Source: Nitrospirota bacterium
GTDB taxonomy: Bacteria; Nitrospirota; UBA9217
DNA: 64,000 nt
Assembly (NCBI GenBank): GCA_963751455.1
Contig: CAVVUN010000015.1
Span: 768,001 to 832,000 of the forward strand
Reading direction: 5' to 3'
The notes under the pieces were generated by a model. It saw nothing but the letters and a program-made list of their open reading frames with translations, searched no databases and was not told the DNA's origin. Below are positions 51,964-62,643 of this stretch, piece after piece; the stretch's first letter is position 1; each line of letters starts with the position of its first letter. The position numbers and the translations under genes were made by a program.

Positions 51964-54654
51964 ATGGGTACACGCTTCATCGGAGTAGTGCTCTTCCTTC
52001 TTATCTGCGTTCAACTCTTCGTTCAACCGGCATGCCCTGCCCATGCTCAGGAACTCGTCCGTTTCAGACTTACCTATACGACCATATACGGCGGGCTTAA
52101 GACCGCAGTAACCCCCCCGGATCAGACCGTTCCGCGTGTTGGTCTCGCTTTAGCAGGAGGCGGGGCAAAGGCCGCGGCTTCGATCGGGGTATTAAAGGTC
52201 CTCGCAGAGGAAGGCATACGCGTTTCCTGTGTCGCCGGAACGAGCATGGGAGCCGTGGTCGGGGGCATCCTGGCTGCGGGGTATCAACCGGACGAAATTG
52301 AGCGGATATTCATCGCGAACGACTGGAACGATGTATTCACGGACACGCCTGCACGCGCCTTTCTTACGCAGGAACAGAAGGAGGCCGGTTTCCGGCATCT
52401 GCTTGAATTCACGCTGCGCGACGGCGAGTTCATGGCGCCCTCGGGGCTGTCCGCGGGCCAGAAACTGATGAACCTTCTCGCCGCAAAAACTCTTGCAGCC
52501 TCGTTTGAGGCCGACCTCGACTTCGACCGGCTTAAAATACCCTACCGGGCCGTTGCCGCTGACATTGAGACCGGAGAGGCGGTCGTACTCGGCACGGGCC
52601 TTCTGCACGAAGCGATCAGGGCGAGCATGGCGATTCCGCTGGTATTCCAGCCGGTCGAGCTCAAGGGCCGGATGCTGGTGGACGGCGGGCTGGTCAACAA
52701 TCTTCCTGTCGACATCGCGCGGTCCATGGGTTCCGATGTGGTGATCGCCGTGGATTCTTCCGCAAAGCTCGAAAAAAAGGAACGGCTGGTCTCGCTTATT
52801 GAAATTATGAGTCAGTCCATCTCGCTTCAGGTCCGGCGCGAGTCGGAGCGCCAGGCGAAGCTCGCCGATCTCGTTATAACGCCGGATACCTCGGACTACT
52901 CATTCACGGACTTCCCCTTGATGCGCGAGATTATCCGCAAAGGCGAGCAGGCTGCCCGCGCCCAACTGCCCAGAATCCGCGAGTTGATGAAGCCGAGGAA
53001 AGCAATCCCTGAAGGTAACGAGCGGTACCGGCTTACGACTCTCACGGTCCGGGGGAACGTCAATGTTTCTGAAGCCACTATCCGGTATGCCATGGCGCCA
53101 GCGCTCTCGCCGCGCGAAGCGACCGCGGCCGAAATACGGAAGACTTTGACGGACGTCTTCAGGCTCGGTTATTTTTCCGACGCTGCCCTCGACCTGAAGC
53201 GGGAAGGAGAAGGGTATGAAGCCGTCCTTACCGTAGCTGAAAATCCGGTTGTTTTGTCGATCATGCTGACCGGTAATACCGTTCTACCTTCCGAAGAAAT
53301 CATGTCGTCACTCGACTGGCAGCGCAATCACCCGCTCAATGCTGAACGGCTTGCGGCCGAACTGGACAAGATTGTGGGTCAATACCGGAACCTGGGATAC
53401 CTGATGACCCGGGTGGAACGGGCGGGCATGAAGCCGGACGGTACGCTTGAAATAGTATTCTATGAAGGCCGTATTGATTCGATTACCATCACCGGCCAAA
53501 CGAGGACGAGTCGTTACCTGATACGGAGAGAGACCGTCACCAGGACCGGCCAGCCCCTGAACCTCGAAACTGCGGCATACGACATCCAGCATCTGTATGC
53601 CCTCGGTTACTTCGAATCGCTCTCCATCGATATGGCAAAGAGCGACCAGGGAGGGATCGATCTCACACTCAGGATCAGGGAAAAACCGGTCAACAAGATA
53701 AGGCTCGGCCTGCGCTACGATCTCGAGGACAGCTTCACGGGGCTTACGGATGTCGTGGTGGACAACGTGACGGGCAGGGGCGTCAAGCTCTTTCTGAACA
53801 CGCGCTATGGCAATTACACCGATATCATGCTGGGGTACCGTTCTCCGGTGATTCTCCGCACGTATTTCGTTCATACCGTGGACGGTTTCTACACGAACCG
53901 GAAATACTTCATTTATGAAGACAAGCATACGGTCAAACAGCTGGACATCACGCGCACGGGCGTTGAACTGGCATTCGGCTACCAGTGGTTCCGTTTCGGA
54001 GACACATACCTGCGGTACCGGTACGCATCGGATACGATACTGGAGACGCTTGGCGTTAATCCGCCTGAAGCCATTTTCCGGATCGGGAGCCTTGCGCTTC
54101 TGTCGACCGTGGACACGAGGGACATCAGCACCTTTGCGCACCGGGGCACTCTTTTCAAGGGTCTTTATGAAATCGCTGCTCCTGCATATGGGGGAAATGT
54201 CGAATACACGAAGGCCTCGCTCTATGGACAGGGCTTCTTCCCGCTTGCCGAACGGCATACCCTGGCGCTCGATGTGACCGCCGGGCTGGGCAGCGGAAAT
54301 ATTCCCTACGAGGAAAAATACGGTATAGGCGGCGCGGATTATCTTATCAGCTCTCCTCTTTTCGGCTTCCAGCGAAGGGAATTCACCGGAGACAACGTGG
54401 CCGCCTTTTCAATTGCATATCGCTGGATGATCAGCGAATACCAGCTTAGCTTCGCGAAGGCGGTGTATCTCAATCTCGCCTATCAAGCTGCCGATATCGG
54501 GGAAAACCGGGACGACGTCTCAGTTAAGGACCTGCGGACCGGGGCCGGCATAGGGTTGTATGCCGACACTGTTATCGGCCCGGTGCGGTTGGACTTCGGG
54601 CACGGTGAACAGCATCGGAATGCCGTGTACTTCTCGGCCGGGTTCGATTTTTAG
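51964..54654 (+). CDS. Patatin-like phospholipase + POTRA + Omp85 barrel (PlpD-like, type Vd)
   Basis: LAGGGAK, GTSMG, DGG; POTRA repeats; terminal GPVRLDFG...AGFDF. Confidence 0.88.
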   Translation: MGTRFIGVVLFLLICVQLFVQPACPAHAQELVRFRLTYTTIYGGLKTAVTPPDQTVPRVGLALAGGGAKAAASIGVLKVLAEEGIRVSCVAGTSMGAVVGGILAAGYQPDEIERIFIANDWNDVFTDTPARAFLTQEQKEAGFRHLLEFTLRDGEFMAPSGLSAGQKLMNLLAAKTLAASFEADLDFDRLKIPYRAVAADIETGEAVVLGTGLLHEAIRASMAIPLVFQPVELKGRMLVDGGLVNNLPVDIARSMGSDVVIAVDSSAKLEKKERLVSLIEIMSQSISLQVRRESERQAKLADLVITPDTSDYSFTDFPLMREIIRKGEQAARAQLPRIRELMKPRKAIPEGNERYRLTTLTVRGNVNVSEATIRYAMAPALSPREATAAEIRKTLTDVFRLGYFSDAALDLKREGEGYEAVLTVAENPVVLSIMLTGNTVLPSEEIMSSLDWQRNHPLNAERLAAELDKIVGQYRNLGYLMTRVERAGMKPDGTLEIVFYEGRIDSITITGQTRTSRYLIRRETVTRTGQPLNLETAAYDIQHLYALGYFESLSIDMAKSDQGGIDLTLRIREKPVNKIRLGLRYDLEDSFTGLTDVVVDNVTGRGVKLFLNTRYGNYTDIMLGYRSPVILRTYFVHTVDGFYTNRKYFIYEDKHTVKQLDITRTGVELAFGYQWFRFGDTYLRYRYASDTILETLGVNPPEAIFRIGSLALLSTVDTRDISTFAHRGTLFKGLYEIAAPAYGGNVEYTKASLYGQGFFPLAERHTLALDVTAGLGSGNIPYEEKYGIGGADYLISSPLFGFQRREFTGDNVAAFSIAYRWMISEYQLSFAKAVYLNLAYQAADIGENRDDVSVKDLRTGAGIGLYADTVIGPVRLDFGHGEQHRNAVYFSAGFDF

Positions 54655-54797
54655 ACTTTTCCTGCGTCTTAGGGCTTCTTCTGCTGTCGTCCCTCCTGTT
54701 TCAAGCTCGGCGCTATACTAAATGTATCTTTCGCTTTCCCGACTCTTACGGAGCGTCAAAGTTCTTGTTTGTCGGCGAATCTCCGGATATAGCAGCC

Positions 54798-55958
54798 ATG
54801 AATGTATATTTTGACAATAACTCAACGTCTCCTCTCGCTCCCGAAGTCCTTGATGCCATGCTTCCGTATCTTGCCGGCAAATTCGGCAATGCTTCGTCGG
54901 TCCATTCATGGGGCCGGGAGGCGAAGAAGGCGTTGGACGAATCAAGAGAAACGGTCGCCCGCGTGCTGGGAGCCGCACTGCCGGAATGCATCTGCTTTAC
55001 GGGTTCCGGATCCGAAGCCGATAACATGGCAATCCAGGGAATCGCCAGGGCTTTACGGAAAAAAGGAAAACATATCGTGACTTCGGCTGTCGAACATTCC
55101 GCGGTTCTCAATACGTGCAGATTCCTGGAGAAAGAAGGATTTGCAGTGAGCTATGTCAAGCCGGACCGGACCGGCCTGGTGTCCGCTCAGGCCGTAGAGT
55201 CGGCGCTGAAGGAAGATACCATTTTGATATCGGTGATGCACGCTAACAACGAAACGGGCACGATCAATCCGATTGCGGCAATCGGGAATGTCGCCAAAGC
55301 ACGAAATATCATTTTTCATACGGATGCCGTCCAGAGCTTCTGCAAGGTGCCCTTTACCGTTGATGAGCTCGGAGTGGATTTGCTGTCGATTTCCGCGCAC
55401 AAGATTCACGGACCGAAAGGGGTAGGCGCTTTGTATATCCGGGAGGCAGTTCCGCTGACACCCCTGGTCTTCGGCGGGCATCAGGAGGAAGGCCGCCGGG
55501 CAGGGACCGAGAATGTGGCGGGGATCGTGGGTCTGGCGCTGGCTGCGGCAGACGCCCGCAGGATTATGGAAGAATCAAGCCGGAGGATGAAGCTCCTCAG
55601 AGACAGGCTGGAAAAAGGGCTCGCTGCCAGGATACCTCCTGTGCGGTTGAACGGGCACCCCGAGCTGCGGCTTCCGAACACCGTGAACCTGTCCTTCCCG
55701 TTTGTTGAGTCCGAGGCATTGCTCCTGGAACTCGATTTGAAGGGTGTGGCCGTCTCTTCAGGATCGGCTTGCACCTCGGGCACGGGCGAGCCTTCTCACG
55801 TGCTGCTGGCAATGGGAATACCGGCCGAGATATGCCGCGGGGCTTTGAGGTTTTCGCTCGGAACACAGAACACTGCAGAAGAAATCGATTATGTTCTCGA
55901 CATCCTGCCGGAGATTGCGGGCCGCATACGCGCAATGTCGCCCCTGTCGGCGGCGTGA
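54798..55958 (+). CDS. Cysteine desulfurase (NifS/IscS, group I)
   Basis: YFDNNST, NNETG, HTDAVQ, SAHKIHGPKG, SSGSACTS. Confidence 0.93.
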   Translation: MNVYFDNNSTSPLAPEVLDAMLPYLAGKFGNASSVHSWGREAKKALDESRETVARVLGAALPECICFTGSGSEADNMAIQGIARALRKKGKHIVTSAVEHSAVLNTCRFLEKEGFAVSYVKPDRTGLVSAQAVESALKEDTILISVMHANNETGTINPIAAIGNVAKARNIIFHTDAVQSFCKVPFTVDELGVDLLSISAHKIHGPKGVGALYIREAVPLTPLVFGGHQEEGRRAGTENVAGIVGLALAAADARRIMEESSRRMKLLRDRLEKGLAARIPPVRLNGHPELRLPNTVNLSFPFVESEALLLELDLKGVAVSSGSACTSGTGEPSHVLLAMGIPAEICRGALRFSLGTQNTAEEIDYVLDILPEIAGRIRAMSPLSAA

Positions 55959-56037
55959 GTGTTGTTTCTGCCCCGATGTTTTGCGGGAAGCGACATGTCC
56001 TGCAAAATACGTCAAAGTCATTTAAAGGGGAATTATC

Positions 56038-56694
56038 ATGAACCAGCAGAATTTCACGCAGTCCGCCGGATATAATCATATAATTTTTTTTCCGCTGGAT
56101 CATTTGAAGCAGGAGCAACCGTGGCCCACAATCGTGTTTCTTCACGGCGCCGGAGAACGCGGAAATGATCTTAAACTGGTCACCAGTCAGGGTCTTCCCC
56201 GCATGTTGAAAGACCGCGACGATTTTCCTTTCATAACCGTTGCGCCCCAGTGCCCTGAAGACGAATACTGGATTCCGTCGATGGTCGATGAATTGATCCT
56301 GATGGTTGCTGATAAATTCAGGGTTGACACGGACAGACTATACCTGACGGGCATCAGTATGGGAGGGTATGCAACGTGGGTGACCGCAATCGATTTTCCG
56401 GACAGGTTTGCGGCAATCGCGCCGATTTGCGGAGGAGGAGACCCGGACAAGGTCTCCGTCATAAAGCACCTGCCGGCATGGTCGTTTCACGGAGCAAAGG
56501 ACCCCGTTGTAAAAGTCACCGAATCGGAAGAAATGGTTAAAGCCCTGAAAAAGGCGGGAGGCAATGTGAGGTTCACGCTCTATCCGGAAGGCGGACACGA
56601 CGTATGGACCGAGACCTATAATAATCCCTCGCTCTATGACTGGTTTCTCTCCCAGAGCCGGAAGAACCAGGCATTCGGGAGCAAGGCATCCTGA
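56038..56694 (+). CDS. Alpha/beta hydrolase (phospholipase/carboxylesterase-like)
   Basis: FLHGAGERG, GISMGG, FHGAKD, GHDVW. Confidence 0.9.
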   Translation: MNQQNFTQSAGYNHIIFFPLDHLKQEQPWPTIVFLHGAGERGNDLKLVTSQGLPRMLKDRDDFPFITVAPQCPEDEYWIPSMVDELILMVADKFRVDTDRLYLTGISMGGYATWVTAIDFPDRFAAIAPICGGGDPDKVSVIKHLPAWSFHGAKDPVVKVTESEEMVKALKKAGGNVRFTLYPEGGHDVWTETYNNPSLYDWFLSQSRKNQAFGSKAS

Positions 56695-56706
56695 TTCAAA
56701 CCGGCG

Positions 56707-57834
56707 TTATTCATCCTGTCCTGAAGAAGGAGCGGAGGTGAGGGCGGAGTTTGCGGGGTCCTTATAGCAGCAGACCCTGTTCCTGCCCATATCCTTTGCT
56801 TTATACAATCCGTTGTCAGCCCTGTCCAGGAGTTCAAATACGGTTGAGGCGTCGCGGGGGTAGCTGCTGTAGCCGCCGCTGATCGTTATTCTGACTACTA
56901 TGCCGGAGGCGATCGGAAATTCGGCCTCTTCGACTTTTTTTCGGATCCTTTCGGCGATCTCCATTTCTGCCCCGTTGCTGTCCGGCATAAGGATCACGAA
57001 TTCCTCGCCACCGTACCGTGCGACCGTATCCATGACGCGCGCATTAGATTTTATGATACGGGCCACTCCTTTGAGCAGCACATTTCCCTTTTGATGGCCC
57101 CACGTATCGTTCACTTTTTTAAAAAAATCGAGGTCGAAAATGACCACAGAGAAAGGCTTGCCTGTGCGGTCGCTTCGTGCCTGTTCTTTCTTCAACTCAT
57201 CGACAAAAAAAGCGTAATTATGGAGTCCCGTCAATCTATCCACGATCGATTCTCTATGGAACCCCTCGAGCAGCTCAAGCGTATAATGCTCTTCCCGTGA
57301 GAAAATGCCCCCGAAAAGCGAAACAGCCATAAAGGAAAAGAGTCCCGGAATCAGCCTGTCCAGGACTGAGAAATCGGTCAGCACGGCAGTATGGTAAACA
57401 AGATACATATGGATGATGGCGATCGGGAACTGCAGGCGCAAGGATTTCACAAAGCCGAACCGCGCACCCGCAGTAAACAGAGTGAGATACCAGAGAAAGA
57501 AAAAGGGACTGTTCACCCCGCCCGTAAAAAAAAGTCCGACAGCGACTGCGATTATATCGCAGTACATGGAAAAATGAGTGATGTTGATTGAAAAACTGTC
57601 GCTTCTCCTCATGAAAACCATGATGAAGGAGTTATAGGCCGCGGCGAAGAGAAGAAGCAGGTTAAAGAGGTGGATGGGCCATCCCTCGGGCTCGATGATG
57701 TTGAGATAAGAAAACACAAAAATGATAACGATCCAGCGGCCGATCGCCACAGAGCGTTCGGTGATACGGTAATTTTGAGCTTTTACCTCGTCGCTGACAC
57801 CTGAACTTTTTTCATTATCAGCCATAGAACTCAC
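56707..57834 (-). CDS. Membrane diguanylate cyclase
   Basis: Multi-TM N-terminus; DRLTGLHN, DLDFFKKVND, RVMD, YGGEEF. Confidence 0.92.
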   Translation of the reverse strand: MSSMADNEKSSGVSDEVKAQNYRITERSVAIGRWIVIIFVFSYLNIIEPEGWPIHLFNLLLLFAAAYNSFIMVFMRRSDSFSINITHFSMYCDIIAVAVGLFFTGGVNSPFFFLWYLTLFTAGARFGFVKSLRLQFPIAIIHMYLVYHTAVLTDFSVLDRLIPGLFSFMAVSLFGGIFSREEHYTLELLEGFHRESIVDRLTGLHNYAFFVDELKKEQARSDRTGKPFSVVIFDLDFFKKVNDTWGHQKGNVLLKGVARIIKSNARVMDTVARYGGEEFVILMPDSNGAEMEIAERIRKKVEEAEFPIASGIVVRITISGGYSSYPRDASTVFELLDRADNGLYKAKDMGRNRVCCYKDPANSALTSAPSSGQDE

Positions 57835-58079
57835 CTTGCAGTCGATCCTCGTTTCATGATTCGAAATCGTAGCAGGATATGAAACTTAATGCAACCTAAA
57901 AATTATAGTTTTTGCAATATTTTATGGGTAATTTTCACCTGAATGGGATTCAGAGAGGAAGGGTTTAATAGATATAAGGGTGCGATATATAAAGACAAAT
58001 ACTGCTTTTTACGTACCTGCAGATAGAGGACGAAAGAGAGGGTCACTACCAAACTATTTACTGTTCGGAGATGAATCAT

Positions 58080-58243
58080 CCTGAAAAAAGCAGTTGGACA
58101 CGGATAAAATCTGATCAACACGGATTTATAGGAAGTTACGAACAGTAATGGATTCACCCAAAAGGCGAGATGGCTTTTTGCTCTATCACATTGTTTTGAT
58201 CCGCTGTTTCCGTGTTCATCCGTGTTCAAATGCCGTTTTTAGG
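58080..58243 (-). mobile_element. MITE family 1, copy 2
   Basis: 164 bp; flanks ATCAT/ATAAT. Confidence 0.85.
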
Positions 58244-58247
58244 ATAA

Positions 58248-58490
58248 TCAGCTCTTGATTGCTTTTTTCAGCCGCTCGAGTTTGTCGGCGCCTACGCACT
58301 CCTTTGCAAAGGCGCACCATTCGATGCAAGAGGTGCCGAGCGGCCGGGAATTCACGTGACCGCAGTTCCTGCAGGTTGTGTCCGGCTCATCGGTCCATAT
58401 CTCGATCTTTTCGCCGCACTTCTGGCACCTGATGTCTTCGGGTTTGGGAGTTCTTATTTCAGCGCTTCCTGGGCATCCTTCTTTAAACAT
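58248..58490 (-). CDS. Small Cys-rich (Zn/Fe-binding) protein
   Basis: CPG, CQKCG..EIWTDE..CRNCG, SCIEWCAFAKEC. Confidence 0.8.
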   Translation of the reverse strand: MFKEGCPGSAEIRTPKPEDIRCQKCGEKIEIWTDEPDTTCRNCGHVNSRPLGTSCIEWCAFAKECVGADKLERLKKAIKS

Positions 58491-58523
58491 GACTTAATTT
58501 TACCCTATATTTCCGGATAAATC

Positions 58524-58539
58524 TATGACATGGATCATA
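58524..58539. promoter_or_regulatory. Possible CRP/FNR-family box
   Basis: TATGA-N6-TCATA palindrome about 35 bp upstream of 58490. Confidence 0.35.
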
Positions 58540-58619
58540 TACCGGCGCGGTATCAACCATCCGTGGACTGAACCCAACTTGGTTGCCTTGGACATATGAG
58601 GGCAACACGGTCCAAATAT

Positions 58620-61613
58620 TTACAATGTGACTTTGATTTCCATTTCCCGGGCTGCCCGTAAGAAGCGCTTTCGGAGCACCCTGACTTTAAGGATGTCTCC
58701 TTTCTGCTTGTAAAAAAGAATGAGTTTGATTTCCTCGACGCTGGCTACGTTCGAGCCGTCCAGTGAGAGGATCATATCGCCGACCTCAATGCCGGCGGTC
58801 TTCGATACGCTGTTTGGAGCAAGGTCCTTGACGCTGATGCGGTTGTTTTCGACGCTCAGCACGGCCATGAGTTTAGGGGCTGCCTCGCCTTCAAGCGGTT
58901 GTGGCTGGACGATATAATCGGCGACGCCGGGCGCGATATCCTCATCGTTCACAATAATGTAATACGGTATGCTGTTTCTGCGGTACGTCCGCTTCGGGAT
59001 GCCTGATCCGAAAACTATGTGGCCATTACCGGCAAGCACGAGCATCCGGTATTCCGGTTTCTTCTTCAGGAACTCGTCGATCGACAGGGACATTGTTTCA
59101 TCCCATAAAACCTGGGCCTGGTAAAAGAAATCAAAGTTTTTTTCTTCGGATTTTTTGTGCCGGCTAAAGACGTCTTTGAGCCGTTCACGGTATGCGTTAT
59201 CCGAGAAGTCCAACTCAGCAGGGACATCCTTCTTCTCATCGGCTTCAAGCGAATCGATGCCTCCCTTCGATACCTTGTCCACGATTTCTCTTTTCAGGTT
59301 CAAGGCAACCACCGGTATTTTCCGGGAGCGGCAAAAATCAAGGATCGGTTTGTAGAGGTTATAGTCAAAGCCCCATCTTTTAAAGTATTCCGACTTTGCA
59401 AGGAACTGTTTCTCGTCGATCGACCCGGCCAGATAATCATCGAGGACGTTCTGAAAGGGGCGCTGGAACATTTCCATGCCCACGGCGATTTTCGGCTCTT
59501 TTTCGTAAAAACTCTCGAGTACCTGCAGCTGCACCATATGGTGACTGTACTCGTCGTGGCGTTCTCCCACATAAACGATCTTTTTTCCGTTCGCCGCTGC
59601 GATGGCGTCGTCGACAGTCTTTACGGAGGAAGGTTCGAACGCGGCAGCCGGTTCCCTCAATTCCATTCGTATGCCCCTTTCCGAATCCCCGAGTTTCATT
59701 TCGATGTTTTTCCCTTTATCGAAAGATACTATGCTGTATTCCGCATAGTCCGGAATCACGCGCAAGGCTTCCTGGGTTTCCGCCGCTGACCTGCTGTTGA
59801 TTATGGCAACCACTTTGGCGGAATTCCAGGGGTTCTTCCTTACAACAATACTGAACCCCGCCCGGCTGCTTCGGGCAGCGCCGAACAATCGCGGAATAAC
59901 CGGGTTATCGCTGCCGAAAATGACCAGCGACGCATTCTTGGTGTCAGCGTCCTTGAAGTCGGCAGCTGCTTTTTCCCGGGCGCCGGTGCTCTTCAACAGT
60001 GTAATCGCCGGTTTGTACGCTTCTTCATTTGAAACAGGCATAACGATCAGAAGGCTGCTTTCGCCGAGCACTGCCGCAACAGCGGGCGGCGTTTCATCAT
60101 CGCTGAGCGTCCGGGCTACGTTATACCCGTGGTCAATTGTCAGGCTCCGGGGTTCTTCTTTAGTGCGGACCATAACATTCTTTTTTGCCGAGTCCAGCAC
60201 CAGCGGTTCTGTTGTCATTCCGCCCCGCGTAAGAGATATCTCTTCCTGAAGGTCCAGGTTGTAAACAGTTTGTTTCTGCAAGACGCTGAAATCGATCTTG
60301 AACTCTCCGTTCTTCCACCGTACGGATCCCTTTTCAACGATCAGTTCAGGCAGCCCCTTTTGCTCGAGCCATTGCCTGAAAAAGGGGGAATAATCTTTTT
60401 TCGCTCGTTTTTCAAAACTCGTCCTGAGCTCGTCCCACCCTGCCCGGCTGTATTGGTTTGCAGCCACAAAATCGCGCAACGCATTGAAAAAGGATTCCTC
60501 CTCCATTGACTGCTTCAGCATGTGAAATAAAAGAGCGCCTTTTCCGTTTCCTATTGCCCTTGCCGCAGGGTCTGTTCCCAGCCTGAAAGCTCTGAGCGAT
60601 ATTTCGTTTTCAGGTTTGACATATGCGCGGTAATCCAGCAACAACCGCTTCCGGAATTCTTCTCCCCGGTCTTTCTGCTCTTCCAGCCGGTGGTCCGCAA
60701 GGTATGTGATCAGTCCGTCGGCCCAGTTGCCTGTTTCAAAATCGACAAAGACAAGGTTCCCAAACCATTGCCGCAGCAGCTCGCGACTGACCGTTCTCTC
60801 GGAAATTGACGGTGCGAGAACGTCGCTTTGGCCCAGAAGCATGAAGGTGGGTGCAGAATACCCGAGCTGCAGAACGCTTTCCACGATCGAAAACCGGGGA
60901 TAAGGATACTTTCCAAGCTGCTTCTCATAAAATTCAAAAAACTTCTTCGCCAAACGGAGAGACATCGCTGCCTGTCCCTGGTGTTCTTGAAAAAAATAGG
61001 CGAACAGCTCAATTCCGTTCACCCGGTCCGCCAGTATTCGATATCGCCCGCTTGCTATGAGATTGACACTCTGGAGCGGTCGGTCGAAGCGGAACAGGAA
61101 CTCCGTATGGTTGCCGCGTACGGTCTGCTTCACATATTCAGCCTCGGCTACGGCTTCATATCCGTTCGGAAGAAGCGCTCTCACCCGGTACTGGAGAGGT
61201 TTCTCGGGCCTGGGATACCAGGTTCCCTGCAGGAAAACGCCGCGGCTGTCGATGATATTTTGCTTCGCTGCGGGATCGGACCGGTCATCGAGCGGTCCGC
61301 GTTTAAAATAACCTTCGTACCGTATGTTTAAAATGCCGGATGCCGACGGCACAATACTGATCCTTTCGTCGTCGGTTTTAACATAATCGATATTGTCTCC
61401 ATTCAACGTTACACCTGAGAGCACAATGTCATCGGTCTTAAATACCATCTTCTCGCCCGCACGCGCTTTTACGTTTGCCTCGCCGGAAATGCGGGATGCG
61501 GCGATATCGAATGATACCGAGAGATCGTAATCGGGCTCCGGATCATTGCGTGCCCAGGCTTCGGCAACAGGAACAGATAGCACCAAACAAAACACGAGCA
61601 GTCGAACGAACAT
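58620..61613 (-). CDS. M1-peptidase-fold + ChaN + PDZ fusion with degenerate active site
   Basis: Signal peptide; RELLRQWFGN...NWADGL; ChaN VYVGERHD, GMEMF, WDETM, LAGNGH; C-terminal PDZ. Confidence 0.82.
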   Translation of the reverse strand: MFVRLLVFCLVLSVPVAEAWARNDPEPDYDLSVSFDIAASRISGEANVKARAGEKMVFKTDDIVLSGVTLNGDNIDYVKTDDERISIVPSASGILNIRYEGYFKRGPLDDRSDPAAKQNIIDSRGVFLQGTWYPRPEKPLQYRVRALLPNGYEAVAEAEYVKQTVRGNHTEFLFRFDRPLQSVNLIASGRYRILADRVNGIELFAYFFQEHQGQAAMSLRLAKKFFEFYEKQLGKYPYPRFSIVESVLQLGYSAPTFMLLGQSDVLAPSISERTVSRELLRQWFGNLVFVDFETGNWADGLITYLADHRLEEQKDRGEEFRKRLLLDYRAYVKPENEISLRAFRLGTDPAARAIGNGKGALLFHMLKQSMEEESFFNALRDFVAANQYSRAGWDELRTSFEKRAKKDYSPFFRQWLEQKGLPELIVEKGSVRWKNGEFKIDFSVLQKQTVYNLDLQEEISLTRGGMTTEPLVLDSAKKNVMVRTKEEPRSLTIDHGYNVARTLSDDETPPAVAAVLGESSLLIVMPVSNEEAYKPAITLLKSTGAREKAAADFKDADTKNASLVIFGSDNPVIPRLFGAARSSRAGFSIVVRKNPWNSAKVVAIINSRSAAETQEALRVIPDYAEYSIVSFDKGKNIEMKLGDSERGIRMELREPAAAFEPSSVKTVDDAIAAANGKKIVYVGERHDEYSHHMVQLQVLESFYEKEPKIAVGMEMFQRPFQNVLDDYLAGSIDEKQFLAKSEYFKRWGFDYNLYKPILDFCRSRKIPVVALNLKREIVDKVSKGGIDSLEADEKKDVPAELDFSDNAYRERLKDVFSRHKKSEEKNFDFFYQAQVLWDETMSLSIDEFLKKKPEYRMLVLAGNGHIVFGSGIPKRTYRRNSIPYYIIVNDEDIAPGVADYIVQPQPLEGEAAPKLMAVLSVENNRISVKDLAPNSVSKTAGIEVGDMILSLDGSNVASVEEIKLILFYKQKGDILKVRVLRKRFLRAAREMEIKVTL

Positions 61614-61838
61614 ACATACCTCTTATCTCAAATCGGCAAGATCATAACAAAAAAAATGATAGATATCCACACGTTATTTGCCGGGAGACGGTGCACGCCT
61701 GGTTTTTGCCGTTAAAATGAACTTTTTTTGTTTATTTTCCCGATATTTGACTTGAATTATCCGGAATACATAACTATAATTAGTATCCAGATTCGTTATT
61801 TAATAATCCGTGCAGCACGATCAGGAGGCGTAAGAAAG

Positions 61839-62441
61839 ATGGCTTTAAAAAAGGGCGCAAAAAAGAAAGCTGCTTCAAAGGCGAAGGTTAAAAAAGCAGC
61901 GAAAAAAGCCATGAAGAAGCCGAGAACGGTAATCACAGCCAGGAAACGGTCTGCAAAAAAAGCGTTGAAAGCGAAGCCAAAGGCCAAAGCCGTAAAGCGG
62001 GATGAGTCTTCTTCCCCTGTTGTTCGGCCGGTACGAATATCGGCAGAAACGAGAAAAAGACATGAATTGCTCAAAAAAATCCTGCTCAAAAAACGGAACG
62101 AGGTCGTGCAGGGACTGGAAACGCAAATGGGCCGCAAACTGATCAGGGAAACAGGGCAGAGGATCGATGCCGCAATGGACAGCGCGGACCTGTCCTCGCA
62201 GGACATGGACCAGGGAATCGATTATTCTCTTCTCGAGATGAAATACGAACAGTATAAGGACATCGCGGATGCATTTCGAAAGCTCCAGAACAACACCTTC
62301 GGCTTGTGCGAGGAGTGCGGGGAGGAGATCGATATCAAGCGGCTGCAGGTGAACCCGCTCGCCCGGTATTGCATAGCCTGTAAAACGAAAAAAGAGGAAA
62401 TCGAACGTATCCAGAAGGAAGAGACGAGGTTCAAGGAATAA
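61839..62441 (+). CDS. DksA/TraR C4 zinc-finger protein with Lys/Ala-rich N-terminus
   Basis: RBS AGGAGG; DSADLS coiled-coil tip; CEECG...RL...P.ARYCIAC. Confidence 0.88.
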   Translation: MALKKGAKKKAASKAKVKKAAKKAMKKPRTVITARKRSAKKALKAKPKAKAVKRDESSSPVVRPVRISAETRKRHELLKKILLKKRNEVVQGLETQMGRKLIRETGQRIDAAMDSADLSSQDMDQGIDYSLLEMKYEQYKDIADAFRKLQNNTFGLCEECGEEIDIKRLQVNPLARYCIACKTKKEEIERIQKEETRFKE

Positions 62442-62643
62442 AGCCCCGAATAGCCGGATAAAACACCATTTCTGTTATTTCCAGCGAAGTCGGAAATGAT
62501 AATTTTTCAAAATATTAATGATCCCTTGCTTGGCTGGAAGCCCTCCTTCAGCGCGTCGGGTGTGATGGCTTCTCATTTTTTCCCCGTCACTTTTTCTTGA
62601 CAAAAAAGTTACAATACAGTATCTTAAGCCTCTGTTTTTCCGG

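Noticed and set aside
38723-55958. Nitrogen fixation cluster (NifX-like and NifS-like genes)
   Set aside because: No nifHDK or nifEN; both families are common outside diazotrophs and the genes are 16 kb apart.
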